Shown: positions 27,430 to 42,600 of the stretch, piece after piece | How positions within the stretch are numbered: position 1 is the first letter of the stretch | Layout of the letters: each line of letters begins with the position of its first letter | Notes under the pieces: model-generated | What the model saw: only the letters and a program-made list of their open reading frames with translations | The model's database searches: none | Told to the model about the DNA's origin: nothing | NCBI GenBank assembly: GCA_964247055.1 | Contig: OZ176058.1 | Location: 4,092,001-4,156,000 of the forward strand | Direction: 5' to 3' | Source: Paragordius varius | Taxonomy: Eukaryota > Animalia > Nematomorpha | DNA: 64,000 nucleotides | Program-made: the position numbers and the translations under genes

Positions 27430-30400
27430 AATCAAACATATATTTTCAACAATCAAATAATTTTTCCAACAATCAAATTATGTTGTCTTTTAACTTTTTA
27501 GTGTTTCCAACAATCAATCATATATTTTCAACAAAATAATTTCCAACAAAATATGATGCCCAATAGCTTTTTAGTGTTTCTAATTTCCAACAATCAAAAT
27601 TTGATTTCTTTTAACTTTTTAGTTTTCCAAAAATCAAACATATATTTTCAACAATCAAATAATTTTCCCAACAATCTTATTATGTTGTCTTTTAACTTTT
27701 TAGTGTTTCCAACAATCAAACAACAATCAAAATATGTTCCCCAATAGCTTTTTAGTATTTCCAACAATCAAACATATATTTTCAACAATCAATAATTTTT
27801 CCAACAATCAAATTATGTTGTCTTTTAACTTTTTAGTGTTTCCAACAATCAATCATATATTTACAACAATCAAATAATTTTCCAACAATAAATATGTTGC
27901 CCAATAGTTTTTTACTGTTTCCAACAATTAAATAATTTTTTCAACAATCAAATTATGTTGTCTTTTAACTTTTTAGTGTTTCCAACAATCAAACATATAT
28001 TTTCAACGATCAAATAATTTTTCCAACAATTAAATATGTTGCCCAATAGCTTTTTAGTATTTCCAACAATCAAACATATATTTTCAACAATCAAATAATT
28101 TTTCCAACAATCAAAATATGTTTTCTAATAACTTTTTAGTTTCCAACAATCAAATAATTTTTCAAACAATCAAAATATGTTGCCCAATAAGTTTTAGTGT
28201 TTTCAACAATCAAACATATATATTCAACAATCAAATAATTTTTCAAACAATCAAAATATGTTGCCCAATAGCTTTTTAGTATTTCCAACAATCAAACATA
28301 TATTTCAACAATCAAATAATTTTTCCAACAATCAAATTATGTTGTCTTTTAACTTTTTAGTGTTTCCAACAAACAAACATATATTTTCAACAATCAAATA
28401 ATTTTTCCAACAAACAAAATATGTTGCCCAATAGCTTTTTAGTATTTCCAACAATCAAACATATATTTTCAACAATCAAATAATTTTTCCAACAATCAAA
28501 ATATGTTTTCTTTTAACTTTTTAGTGTTTCCAACAATCAAACATATATTTTCAACAATCAAATAATTTTTCAAACAATCAAAATATGTTGCCCAATAGCT
28601 TTTTAGTATTTCCAACAATCAAACATATATTTGCACAATCAAATATTTACAACAATTAAATGTTTTTTAACTTTTTAGTGTTTCCAACAATCAAACATAT
28701 ATTTCCAACAATCAAATAATTTTTCCAACAATTTAAATATGTTGCCCAATAGCTTTTAGTGTTTCCAACAATCAAACATATATTTTCAAAATCAAATATT
28801 TTCCAACAATTAAATTATGTTTTTTAACTTTTTAGTGTTTCCAACAATCAAACATATATTTTCAATAATCAAATAATTTTTCCAACAATCAAATTATGTT
28901 GTCTTTTTAGTGTTTCCAACAATCAATCATATATTTTCAACATTCAAAAATTTCTCCAACAATCAAAATATGATGCCCAATAGCTTTTTAGTGTTTCTAA
29001 TTTCCAACAATCAAAATTTGATTTCTTTTAACTTTTTAGTGTTTCCAACAATCAAACATATATTTTCAACAATCAAATAATTTTTCCAACAATCAAATTA
29101 TGTTGTCTTTTAACTTTTTAGTGTTTCCAACAATCAATCATATATTTTCAACAAAATAATTTCCAACAAAATATGATGCCCAATAGCTTTTTAGTGTTTC
29201 TAATTTCCAACAATCAAAATTTGATTTCTTTTAACTTTTTAGTGTTTCCAAAAATCAAACATATATTTTCAACAATCAAATAATTTTCCCAACAATCTTA
29301 TTATGTTGTCTTTTAACTTTTTAGTGTTTCCAACAATCAAACAACAATCAAAATATGTTCCCCAATAGCTTTTTAGTATTTCCAACAATCAAACATATAT
29401 TTTCAACAATCAATAATTTTTCCAACAATCAAATTATGTTGTCTTTTAACTTTTTAGTGTTTCCAACAATCAATCATATATTTACAACAATCAAATAATT
29501 TTTCCAACAATAAATATGTTGCCCAATAGTTTTTTACTGTTTCCAACAATTAAATAATTTTTTCAACAATCAAATTATGTTGTCTTTTAACTTTTTAGTG
29601 TTTCCAACAATCAAACATATATTTTCAACGATCAAATAATTTTTCCAACAATTAAATATGTTGCCCAATAGCTTTTTAGTATTTCCAACAATCAAACATA
29701 TATTTTCAACAATCAAATAATTTTTCCAACAATCAAAATATGTTTTCTAATAACTTTTTAGTTTCCAACAATCAAATAATTTTTCAAACAATCAAAATAT
29801 GTTGCCCAATAAGTTTTAGTGTTTTCAACAATCAAACATATATATTCAACAATCAAATAATTTTTCAAACAATCAAAATATGTTGCCCAATAGCTTTTTA
29901 GTATTTCCAACAATCAAACATATATTTCAACAATCAAATAATTTTTCCAACAATCAAATTATGTTGTCTTTTAACTTTTTAGTGTTTCCAACAAACAAAC
30001 ATATATTTTCAACAATCAAATAATTTTTCCAACAAACAAAATATGTTGCCCAATAGCTTTTTAGTATTTCCAACAATCAAACATATATTTTCAACAATCA
30101 AATAATTTTTCCAACAATCAAAATATGTTTTCTTTTAACTTTTTAGTGTTTCCAACAATCAAACATATATTTTCAACAATCAAATAATTTTTCAAACAAT
30201 CAAAATATGTTGCCCAATAGCTTTTTAGTATTTCCAACAATCAAACATATATTTGCACAATCAAATATTTACAACAATTAAATGTTTTTTAACTTTTTAG
30301 TGTTTCCAACAATCAAACATATATTTCCAACAATCAAATAATTTTTCCAACAATTTAAATATGTTGCCCAATAGCTTTTAGTGTTTCCAACAATCAAACA

Positions 30401-30670
30401 TATATTTTCAAAATCAAATATTTTCCAACAATTAAATTATGTTTTTTAACTTTTTAGTGTTTCCAACAATCAAACATATATTTTCAATAATCAAATAATT
30501 TTTCCAACAATCAAATTATGTTGTCTTTTTAGTGTTTCCAACAATCAATCATATATTTTCAACATTCAAAAATTTCTCCAACAATCAAAATATGATGCCC
30601 AATAGCTTTTTAGTGTTTCCAATTTCCAACAATCAAAATTTGATTTCTTTTAACTTTTTAGTGTTTCCAA
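27430..30670 (+). repeat. Tandem duplication, period ~1620-1622 bp, 2 copies
   Basis: AAACAACAATC 27721/29342, CAACGATC 28008/29630 and TTTGCACAATC 28621/30243 are at offsets of 1620-1622, with single-base indels. Confidence 0.9.
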
Positions 30671-33600
30671 CAATCAAACATATATTTTCAACAATCAAAT
30701 AATTTTTCCAACAATCAAATTATGTTGTCTTTTAACTTTTTAGTGTTTCCAACAATCAATCATACATTTTCGACAATCAAATAATTTTTCCAACAACCAA
30801 AATATGTTGCCCAATAGTTTTTTAGTGTTTCCAACAATTAAATAATTTTTTCAACAATCAAATTATGTTGTCTTTTAACTTTTTAGTGTTTTAAACAATC
30901 AAACATATATTTTCAACAATCAAATAATTTTCCAACAATAAATATGTTGCCCAATAGTTTTTTAGTGTTTCCAAAAATTAAATAATTTTTTCAACAATCA
31001 AATTATGTTGTCTTTTAACTTTTTAGTGTTTCCAACAATCAAACATATATTTTCAACAATCAAATAATTTTTCCAACAATCAAAATATGTTGCCCAATAG
31101 CTTTTTAGTGTTTCCAACAATCAAACATATATTTTCAAGAATCAAATAATTTTTCCAACAATCAAAATATGTTCCCCAATAGCTTTTTAGTATTTCCAAC
31201 AATCAAACATATATTTTCAACAATCAAATAATTTTTCCAACAATCAAATTATGTTGTCTTTTAACTTTTTAGTGTTTTTATCAATCAAACATATATTTTC
31301 AACAATCAAATAATTTTCCAACAATAAATATGTTGCCCAATAGTTTTTTAGTGTTTCCAACAATTAAATAATTTTTTCAACAATCAAATTATGTTGTCTT
31401 TTAACTTTTTAGTGTTTCCAACAATCAATCATATATTTTCAACATTCAAATTAATTTCTCCAACAATCAAAATATGATGCCCAATAGCTTTTTAGTGTTT
31501 CCAATTTCCAACAATCAAAATTTGATTTCTTTTAACTTTTTAGTTCCAACAATCAAACATATATTTTCAACAATCAAATAATTTTTCCAACAATCAAATT
31601 ATGTTGTCTTTTAACTTTTTAGTGTTTCCAACAATCAATCATACATTTTCGACAATCAAATAATTTCTCCAACAATCAAAATATGTTGCCCAATAGCTTT
31701 TTAGTATTTCCAACAATCAAACATATATTTTCAACAATCAAATAATTTTTCCAACAATCAAATTATGTTGTCTTTTAACTTTTTAGTGTTTCCAACAATC
31801 AATCATATATTTTCAACAATCAAATAATTTTCCAACAATAAATATGTTGCCCAATTGTTTTCTACTGTTTCCAACAATTAAATAATTTTTTCAACAATCA
31901 AATTATGTTGTCTTTTAACTTTTTAGTGTTTCCAACAATCAAACATATATTTTCAACAATCAAATAATTTTTCCAACAATCAAATTATGTTGAATAGCTT
32001 TTAGTGTTTCCAACAATCAAATATATATTTTCAAAATCAAATATTTTGCAACAATTAAATTATGTTTTTTCACTTTTTAGTGTTTCCAACAATCAAACAT
32101 ATATTTTCAATAATCAAATAATTTTTCCAACAATCAAATTATGTTGTCTTTTAACTTTTTAGTGTTTCCAACAATCAATCATATATTTTAACATTCAAAT
32201 TAATTTCTCCAACAATCAAAATATGATGCCCAATAGCTTTTTAGTGTTTCCAATTTCCAACAATCAAAATTTGATTTCTTTTAACATTTTAGTGTTTCCA
32301 ACAATCAAACATATATTTTCAACAATCAAATAATTTTTCAAACAATCAAAATATGTTGCCCAATAGCTTTTTAGTGTTTCCAACAATGAAACATATATTT
32401 TCAACAATCAAATAATTTTTCAAACAATCAAAATATGTTGCTCAATAGCTTTTAGTGTTTCCAACAATCAAACATATATTTTCAACAATCAAATAATTTT
32501 TCAAACAATCCAAATATGTTGCCCAATAGCTTTTTAGTATTTCCAACAATCAAACATATATTTTCAACAATCAAATAATTTTTCCAACAATCAAATTATG
32601 TTGTCTTTTAACTTTTTAGTGTTTCCAACAAACAAACATATATTTTCAACAATCAAATAATTTTTCCAACAAACAAAATATGTTGCCCAATAGCTTTTTA
32701 GTATTTCCAACAATCAAACATATATTTTCAACAATCAAATAATTTTTCCAACAATCAAAATATGTTTTCTTTTAACTTTTTAGTGTTTCCAACAATCAAA
32801 CATATATTTTCAACAATCAAATAATTTTTCAAACAATCAAAATATGTTGCCCAATAGCTTTTTAGTATTACCAACAATCAAACATATATTTGCACAATCA
32901 AATATTTACAACAATTAAATGTTTTTTAACTTTTTAGTGTTTCCAACAATCAAACATATATTTCCAACAATCAAATAATTTTTCCAACAATTTAAATATG
33001 TTGCCCAATAGCTTTTAGTGTTTCCAACAATCAAACATATATTTTCAAAATCAAATATTTTCCAACAATTAAATTATGTTTTTTAACTTTTTAGTGTTTC
33101 CAACAATCAAACATATATTTTCAATAATCAAATAATTTTTCCAACAATCAAATTATGTTGTCTTTTTAGTGTTTTTAACAATCAATCATATATTTTCAAC
33201 ATTCAAATTAATTTCTCCAACAATCAAAATATGATGCCCAATAGCTTTTTAGTGTTTCCAATTTCCAACAATCAAAATTTGATTTCTTTTAACTTTTTAG
33301 TGTTTCCAACAATCAAACATATATTTTCAACAATCAAATAATTTTCCCAACAATCTTATTATGTTGTCTTTTAACTTTTTAGTGTTTCCAACAATCAATC
33401 ATACATTTTCGACAATCAAATAATTTCTCCAACAATCAAAATATGTTGCCCAATAGTTTTTTAGTGTTTCCAACAATTAAATAATTTTTTCAACAATCAA
33501 ATTATGTTGTCTTTTAACTTTTTAGTGTTTTCAACAATCAAACATATATTTTCAACAATCAAATAATTTTCCAACAATAAATATGTTGCCCAATAGTTTT

Positions 33601-34290
33601 TTAGTGTTTCCAAAAATTAAATAATTTTTTCAACAATCAAATTATGTTGTCTTTTAACTTTTTAGTGTTTCCAACAATCAAACATATATTTTCAACAATC
33701 AAATAATTTTTCCAACAATCAAAATATGTTGCCCAATAGCTTTTTAGTGTTTCCAACAATCAAACATATATTTTCAAGAATCAAATAATTTTTCCAACAA
33801 TCAAAATATGTTCCCCAATAGCTTTTTAGTATTTCCAACAATCAAACATATATTTTCAACAATCAAATAATTTTTCCAACAATCAAATTATGTTGTCTTT
33901 TAACTTTTTAGTGTTTTCAACAATCAAACATATATTTTCAACAATCAAATAATTTTCCAACATGTTGCCCAATAGTTTTTTAGTGTTTCCAACAATTAAA
34001 TAATTTTTTCAACAATCAAATTATGTTGTCTTTTAACTTTTTAGTGTTTCCAACAATCAATCATATATTTTCAACATTCAAATTAATTTCTCCAACAATC
34101 AAAATATGATGCCCAATAGCTTTTTAGTGTTTCCAATTTCCAACAATCAAAATTTGATTTCTTTTAACTTTTTAGTGTTTCCAACAATCAAACATATATT
34201 TTCAACAATCAAATAATTTTTCCAACAATCAAATTATGTTGTCTTTTAACTTTTTAGTGTTTCCAACAATCAATCATACATTTTCGACAA
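29850..34290 (+). repeat. Direct duplication of ~1.8 kb at offset ~2.64 kb (29850-31650; 32490-34290)
   Basis: TTTGCACAATC block 30243/32880, CCAAAAATTAAA ~30971/33610 and CAAGAATC 31139/33778 are at offsets of 2637-2639. Confidence 0.82.
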
Positions 34291-34559
34291 TCAAATAATT
34301 TCTCCAACAATCAAAATATGTTGCCCAATAGTTTTTTAGTGTTTCCAACAATTAAATAATTTTTTCAACAATCAAATTATGTTGTCTTTTAACTTTTTAG
34401 TGTTTTCAACAATCAAACATATATTTTCAACTATCAAATAATTTTCCAACAATAAATATGTTGCCCAATAGTTTTTTAGTGTTTCCAACAATTAAATAAT
34501 TTTTTCAACAATCAAATTATGTTGTCCTTTAACTTTTTAGTGTTTCCAACAATCAAACA

Positions 34560-37500
34560 TACATTTTCGACAATCAAATAATTTCTCCAACAATCAAAAT
34601 ATGTTGCCCAATAGCTTTTTAGTATTTCCAACAATCAAACATATATTTTTAACAATCAAATAATTTTTCCAACAATCAAAATATGTTTTCTTTAAACTTT
34701 TTAGTGTTTCCAACAATTACACATATATTTTCAACAATCAAATAATTTTTACAACAATCAAAATATGTTGCCCAATAGTTTTTTAGTGTTTCCAACAATC
34801 AAACATATTTTTTCAACAATCAAATAATTTTTCAAACAATCAAAATATGTTGCCCCATAGCTTTTTAGTGTTTCCAACAATCAAACATATATTTTCAACA
34901 ATCATATAATTTATTCAACAATCAAATTATGTCGTCTTTACACTATTTAGTGTTTCCAACAATCAAACATATATTTTCAACAATCAAATAATTTCAACAA
35001 TCAAAATATGTTTTCTTTTAACTTTTTAGTGTTTCCAACAATCAATCATATATTTTTAACAATCAAATAATTTTTTTAACAATCAAAATATGTTGCCCAA
35101 TAGCTTTTTAGTATTTCGAACAATCAAATAATTTTTCCAACAATCAAAATATGTTTTCTTTTAACTTTTTAGTGTTTCCAACAATCAAACATATATTTTC
35201 AACAATCAAATAATTTTTCCAACAATCAAATATGTTGCCCAATAGCTTTTTAGTATTTCCAACAATCAAACATATATTTTCAACAATCAAATAATTTTTC
35301 CAACAATCAAATTATGTTGTCTTTTAACTTTTTAGTGTTTCCAACAATCAATCATACATTTTCGACAATCAAATAATTTCTCCAACAATCAAAATATGTT
35401 GCCCAATAGTTTTTTAGTGTTTTCAACAATTAAATATTTTTTCAACAATCAAATGTTGTCTTTTAACTTTTTAGTGTTTTTAACAATCAAACATATATTT
35501 TCAACAATCAAATTAATTTCTCCAACAATCAAAATATGATGCCCTATAGCGTTTTAGTGTTTCCAATTTCCAACAATCAAAATTTGATTTCTTTTAACTT
35601 TTTAGTGTTTCCAACAATCAAACATATATTTTCAACAATCAAATAATTTTTCCAACAATCAATCTATGTTGTCTTTTAACTTTTTAGTGTTTCCAACAAT
35701 CAATCATACATTTTCGACAATCAAATAATTTCTCCAACAATCAAAATATGTTGCCCAATAGTTTTTTAGTGTTTCCAACAATTAAATAATTTTTTCAACA
35801 ATCAAATTATGTTGTCTTTTAACTTTTTAGTGTTTTCAACAATCAAACATATATTTTCAACAATCAAATAATTTTCCAACAATAAATATGTTGCCCAATA
35901 GTTTTTTAGTGTTTCCAACAATTAAATAATTCAACAATCAAATTATGTTGTCTTTTAACTTTTTAGTGTTTCCAACAATCAAACATATATTTTCAACAAT
36001 CAAATAATTTTTCCAACAATCAAAATATGTTGCCCAATAGCTTTTTAGTATTTCCAACAATCAAACATATATTTTCAACAATCAAATAATTTTTCCAACA
36101 ATCAAATTATGTTGAATAGCTTTTAGTGTTTCCAACAAGAAAACATATATTTTCAAAATCAAATATTTTGCAACAATTAAATTAGGTTTTTTAACTTGTT
36201 AGTGTTTCCAACAATCAAACATATATTTTCAATAATCAAATAATTTTTCCAACAATCAAATTATGTTGTCTTTTAACTTTTTAGTGTTTCCAACAATCAA
36301 TCATATATTTTAACATTCAAATTAATTTCTCCAACAATCAAAATATGATGCCCAATAGCTTTTTAGTGTTTCCAATTTCCAACAATCAAAATTTGATTTC
36401 TTTTAACTTTTTGTTTCCAACAATCAAAAATATATTTTCAACAATAAAATAATTTTTCCAACAATCAAATTATGTTGTCTTTTGTTTCCAACAATCAAAC
36501 ATATATTTTCAACAATCAAATAATTTTTAACAATCAAATATGTTGCCCAATAGCTTTTTAGTATTTCCAACAATCAAACATATATTTTCAACAATCAAAT
36601 AATTTTGCCAACAATCAAATTATGTTGAATAGCTTTTAGTGTTTCCAACAAGAAAACATATATTTTCAAAATCAAATATTTTGCAATTAAATTATGTTTT
36701 TTAACTTTTTAGTGTTTCCAACAATCAAACATATATTTTCAATAATCAAATAATTTTTTCAACAATCAAATTATGTTGTCTTTTAACTTTTTAGTGTTTC
36801 CAACAATCAAACATATATTTTCAACAATCAAATAATTTTTCCAACAATCAAAATATGTTGCCCAATAGCTTTTTAGTATTTCCAACAATCAAACATATAT
36901 TTTCAACAATCAAATAATTTTTCCAACAATCAATTATGTTGAATAGCTTTTAGTGTTTCCAACAATAAAACATATATTTTCAACAATCAAATAATTTTTC
37001 AAACAATCAAAATATGTTGCCCAATAACTTTTTAGTGTTTCCAACAATCAATCATACATTTTCGACAATCAAATAATTTCTCCAACAATCAAAATATGTT
37101 GCCCAATAGCTTTTTAGTATTTCCAACAATCAAACATATATTTTCAACAATCAAATAATTTTTCCAACAATCAAAATATGTTTTCTTTAAACTTTTTAGT
37201 GTTTCCAACAATTACATATATATTTTCAACAATCAAATAATTTTTACAACAATCAAAATATGTTGCCCAATAGTTTTTTAGTGTTTCCAACAATCAAACA
37301 TATTTTTTCAACAATCAAATAATTTTTCAAAAAATCAAAATATGTTGCCCCATAGCTTTTTAGTGTTTCCAACAATCAAACATATATTTTCAACAATCAT
37401 ATAATTTATTCAACAATCAAATTATGTCGTCCTTTACACTATTTAGTGTTTCCAACAATCAAACATATATTTTCAACAATCAAATAATTTTAACAATCAA

Positions 37501-37750
37501 AATATGTTTTCTTTTAACTTTTTAGTGTTTCCAACAATCAATCATATATTTTTAACAATCAAATAATTTTTTTAACAATCAAAATATGTTGCCCAATAGC
37601 TTTTTAGTATTTCCAACAATCAAATAATTTTTCCAACAATCAAAATATGTTTTCTTTTAACTTTTTAGTGTTTCCAACAATCAAACATATATTTTCAACA
37701 ATCAAATAATTTTTCCAACAATCAAATATGTTGCCCAATAGCTTTTTAGT
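34560..37750 (+). repeat. Direct duplication of ~0.65 kb at offset ~2.5 kb (34560-35220; 37060-37720)
   Basis: The rare haplotype CTTTAAAC..TTAC..GCCCCATAG..TCATATAATTTATT..ATGTCG occurs in both copies (GTCGT at 34931/37426). Confidence 0.75.
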
Positions 37751-39651
37751 ATTTCCAACAATCAAACATATATTTTCAACAATCAAATAATTTTTGCAAC
37801 AATCAAATTATGTTGAATAGCTTTTAGTGTTTCCAACAAGAAAACATATATTTTCAAAATCAAATATTTTGCAACAATTAAATTATGTTTTTTAACTTTT
37901 TAGTGTTTCCAACAATCAAACATATATTTTCAATAATCAAATAATTTTTCCAACAATCAAATTATGTTGTCTTTTAACTTTTTAGTGTTTCCAACAATCA
38001 ATCATATATTTTAACATTCAAATTAATTTCTCCAACAATCAAAATATGATGCCCAATAGGTTTTTAGTGTTTCCAATTTCCAACAATCCAAATTTGATTT
38101 CTTTTAACTTTTTAGTGTTTCCAACAATCAAACATATATTTTCAACAATCAAATAATTTTTCCAACAATCAAATTATGTTGTCTTTTAACTTTTTAGTGT
38201 TTCCAACAATCAATCATACATTTTCGACAATCAAATAATTTCTCCAACAATCAAAGTATGTTGCCCAATAGTTTTTTAGTGTTTTCAACAATTAAATATT
38301 TTTTCAACAATCAAATTATGTTGTCTTTTAACTTTTTAGTGTTTTCAACAATCAAACATATATTTTCAACAATCAAATAATTTTCCAACAATAAATATGT
38401 TGCCCAATAGTTTTTTAGTGTTTCCAACAATTAAATAATTTTTTCAACAATCAAATTATGTTGTCTTTTAACTTTTTAGTGTTTCCAACAATCAATCATA
38501 TATTTTCAACATTCAAATTAATTTCTCCAACAATCAAAATATGATGCCCAATAGCTTTTTAGTGTTTCCAATTTCCAACAATCAAAATTTGATTTCTTTT
38601 AACTTTTTAGTGTTTCCAACAATCAAACATATATTTTCAACAATCAAATAATTTTTCCAACAATCAAATTATGTTGTCTTTTAACTTTTTAGTGTTTTCA
38701 ACAATCAATCATACATTTTCGACAATCAAATAATTTCTCCAACAATCAAAATATGATGCCCAATAACTTTTTAGTGTTTCCAACAATGAAACATATATTT
38801 TCAACAATCAAATAATTTTTTTAACAATCAAAATATGTTGCCCAATAGCTTTTTAGTATTTCCAACAATCAAATAATTTTTCCAACAATCAAAATATGTT
38901 TTCTTTTAACTTTTTAGTGTTTCCAACAGTCCATATATTTTCAACAATCAAATAAATTTTCCAACAATATAAATATGTTGCCCAATAGCTTTTTAGTATT
39001 TCCAACAATCAAACATATATTTTCAACAATCAAATAATTTTTCCAACAATCAAAATATGTTTTCTTTTAACTTTTTAGTGTTTCCAACAATCAAACATAT
39101 ATTTTCAACAATCAAATAATTTTTACAACAATCAAAATATGTTGCCCAATAGCTTTTTAGTGTTTCCAACAATGAAACATATATTTTCAACAATCAAATA
39201 ATTTTTCAAACAATCAAAATATGTTGCACAATTGCTTTTTAGTGTTTCCAACAATCGAACATATATTTTCAACAAAATAATTTCCAACAAAATATGGTGC
39301 CCAATAGCTTTTTAGTGTTTCTAATTTCCAACAATCAAAATTTGATTTCTTTTAACTTTTTAGTGTTTCCAACAATCAAACATATATTTTCAACAATCAA
39401 ATAATTTTCCCAACAATCTTATTATGTTGTCTTTTAACTTTTTAGTGTTTCCAACAATCGCAATAATCAAATAATTTTTCCAACAATCAAAATATGTTCC
39501 CCAATAGCTTTTTAGTATTTCCAACAATCAAATATATATTTTCAACAATCAAATAATTTTTCCAACAACCAAATTATGTTGTCTTTTAACTTTTTAGTGT
39601 TTCCAACAATCAATCATATATTTTCAACAATCAAATAATTTTCCAACAATA

Positions 39652-42600
39652 AATATGTTGCCCAATAGTTTTTTACTGTTTCCAACAATTAAATAATTTT
39701 TTCAACAATCAAATTATGTTGTCTTTTAACTTTTTAGTGTTTCCAACAATCAAACATATATTTTCAACAATAATTTTTCCAACAATCAAATATGTTGCCC
39801 AATAGCTTTTTAGTATTTCCAACAATCAAACATATATTTTCAACAATCAAATAATTTTTCCAACAATCAAAATATGTTGCCCAATAACTTTTTAGTGTTT
39901 CCAACAATCAAACATATATTTTCGACAATCAAATAATTTTTCAAACAATCAAAATATGTTGCCCAATAACTTTTTAGTGTTTCCAACAATCAAACATATA
40001 TTTTCAACAATTAAATAATTTTTCAATCAATCAAAATATGTTGCCCAATAGCTTTTTAGTATTTCCAACAATCAAACATATATTTTCAACAATCAAATAA
40101 TTTTTCCAACAATCAAATTATGTTGTCTTTTAACTTTTTAATGTTTTCAACAAATCATATATTTTCAACAATCAAATAATTTCTCCAACAATCAAAATAT
40201 GATGCCCAATAACTTTTTAGTGTTTCCAACAATGAAACATATATTTTCAACAATCAAATAATTTTTCAAACAATCAAAATATGTTGCCCAATAGCTTTTT
40301 ACTGTTTCCAACAATCAAACATATATTTTCAACAATCAAATAATTTTTCAAACAATCAAAATATGTTGCCCAATAGCTTTTTAGTATTTCCAACAATCAA
40401 ACATATATTTTCAACAATCAAATAATTTTTCCAACAATCAAAATATGTTGCCCAATAGCTTTTTAGTACTTCCAACAATCAAATAATTCCAACAATCAAA
40501 ATTTGTTTTCTTTTAACTTTTTAGTGTTTCCAACAATCAAACATATATTTTCAACAATCAAATAATTTTTTTAACAATCAAAATATGTTGCCCAATAGCT
40601 TTTTAGTATTTCCAACAATCAAATAATTTTTCCAACAATCAAAATATGTTTTCTTTTAACTTTTTAGTGTTTCCAACAATCAAACATATATTTTCAACAA
40701 TCAAATAAATTTTCCAACAATCAAAATATGTTGCCCAATAGCTTTTTAGTATTTCCACCAATCAAACATATATTTCCAACAATCAAATAATTTTTCCAAC
40801 AATCAAAATATGTTTTCTTTTAACTTTTTAGTGTTTCCAACAATCAAACATATATTTTCAACAATCAAATAAATTTTCCAACAATAAAAATATGTTGCCC
40901 AATAGCTTTTTAGTATTTCCAACAATCAAACATATATTTTCAACAATCAAATAATTTTTCCAACAATCAAAATATGTTTTCTTTTAACTTTTTAGTGTTT
41001 CCAACAACCAAACATATATTTTCAACAATCAAATAATTTTTACAACAATCAAAATATGTTGCCCAATAGCTTTTTAGTGTTTCCAACAATGAAACATATA
41101 TTTTCAATAATCAAATAATTTTTCAAACAATCAAAATATGTTGCCCAATAGCTTTTTAGTGTTTCCAACAATCAAACATATATTTTCAACAAAATAATTT
41201 CCAACAAAATATGATGCCCAATAGCTTTTTAGTGTTTCTAATTTCCAACAATCAAAATTTGATTTCTTTTAACTTTTTAGTGTTTCCAACAATCAAACAT
41301 ATATTTTCAACAATCAAATAATTTTCCCAACAATCTTATTATGTTGTCTTTTAACTTTTTAGTGTTTCCAACAATCAAACATATATTTTCAAGAATCAAA
41401 TAATTTTTCCAACAATCAAAATATGTTCCCCAATAGCTTTTTAGTATTTCCAACAATCAAACATATTTCAACAATCAAATAATTTTTCCAACAATCAAAT
41501 TATGTTGTCTTTTAACTTTTTAGTGTTTCCAACAATCAATCATATATTTTCAACAATCAAATAATTTTCCAACAATAAATATGTTGCCCAATAGTTTTTT
41601 ACTGTTTCCAACAATTAAATAATTTTTTCAACAATCAAATTATGTCTTTTAACTTTTTAGTGTTTCCAACAATCAAACATATATTTTCAACAATAATTTT
41701 TCCAACAATCAAATATGTTGCCCAATAGCTTTTTAGTATTTCCAACAATCAAACATATATTTTCAACAATCAAATAATTTTTCAAACAATCAAAATATGT
41801 TGCCCAATAGCTTTTTAGTATTTCCAACAATCAAACATATACAACAATCAAATAATTTTTACAACAATCAAAATATGTTGCCCAATAGCTTAGTGTTTCC
41901 AACAATGAAACATATATTTTCAACAATCAAATAATTTTTCAAACAATCAAAATATGTTGCCCAATAGCTTTTTAGTGTTTCCAACAATCAAACATATATT
42001 TTCAACAAAATAATTTCCAACAAAATATGATGCCCAATAGCTTTTTAGTGTTTCTAAATTCCAACAATCAAAATTTGATTTCTTTTAACTTTTTAGTGTT
42101 TCCAACAATCAAACATATATTTTCAACAATCAAATAATTTTCCCAACAATCTTATTATGTTGTCTTTTAACTTTTTCGTGTTTCCAACAATCAAACATAT
42201 ATTTTCAAGAATCAAATAATTTTTCCAACAATCAAAATATGTTCCCCAATAGCTTTTTAGTATTTCCAACAATCAAACATATATTTTCAACAATCAAATA
42301 ATTTTTCCAACAATCAAATTATGTTGTCTTTTAACTTTTTAGTGTTTCCAACAATCAATCATATATTTTCAACAATCAAATAATATTCCAACAATAAATA
42401 TGTTGCCCAATAGTTTTTTACTGTTTCCAACAATCAAACATATATTTTCAACAATCAAATAATTTTTCAAACAATCAAAATATGTTGCCCAATAGTTTTT
42501 TACTGTTTCCAACAATTAAATAATTTTTTCAACAATCAAATTATGTTGTCTTTTAACTTTTTAGTGTTTCCAACAATCAAACATATATTTTCAACAATAA

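Noticed and set aside
27553-27747. 64-aa plus-strand ORF (MMPNSFLVFLISNNQN...)
   Set aside because: It is a low-complexity N/Q/F/S translation of the variant cassette. A one-base difference in the duplicate near 29.2 kb means it is not reported there, consistent with chance.
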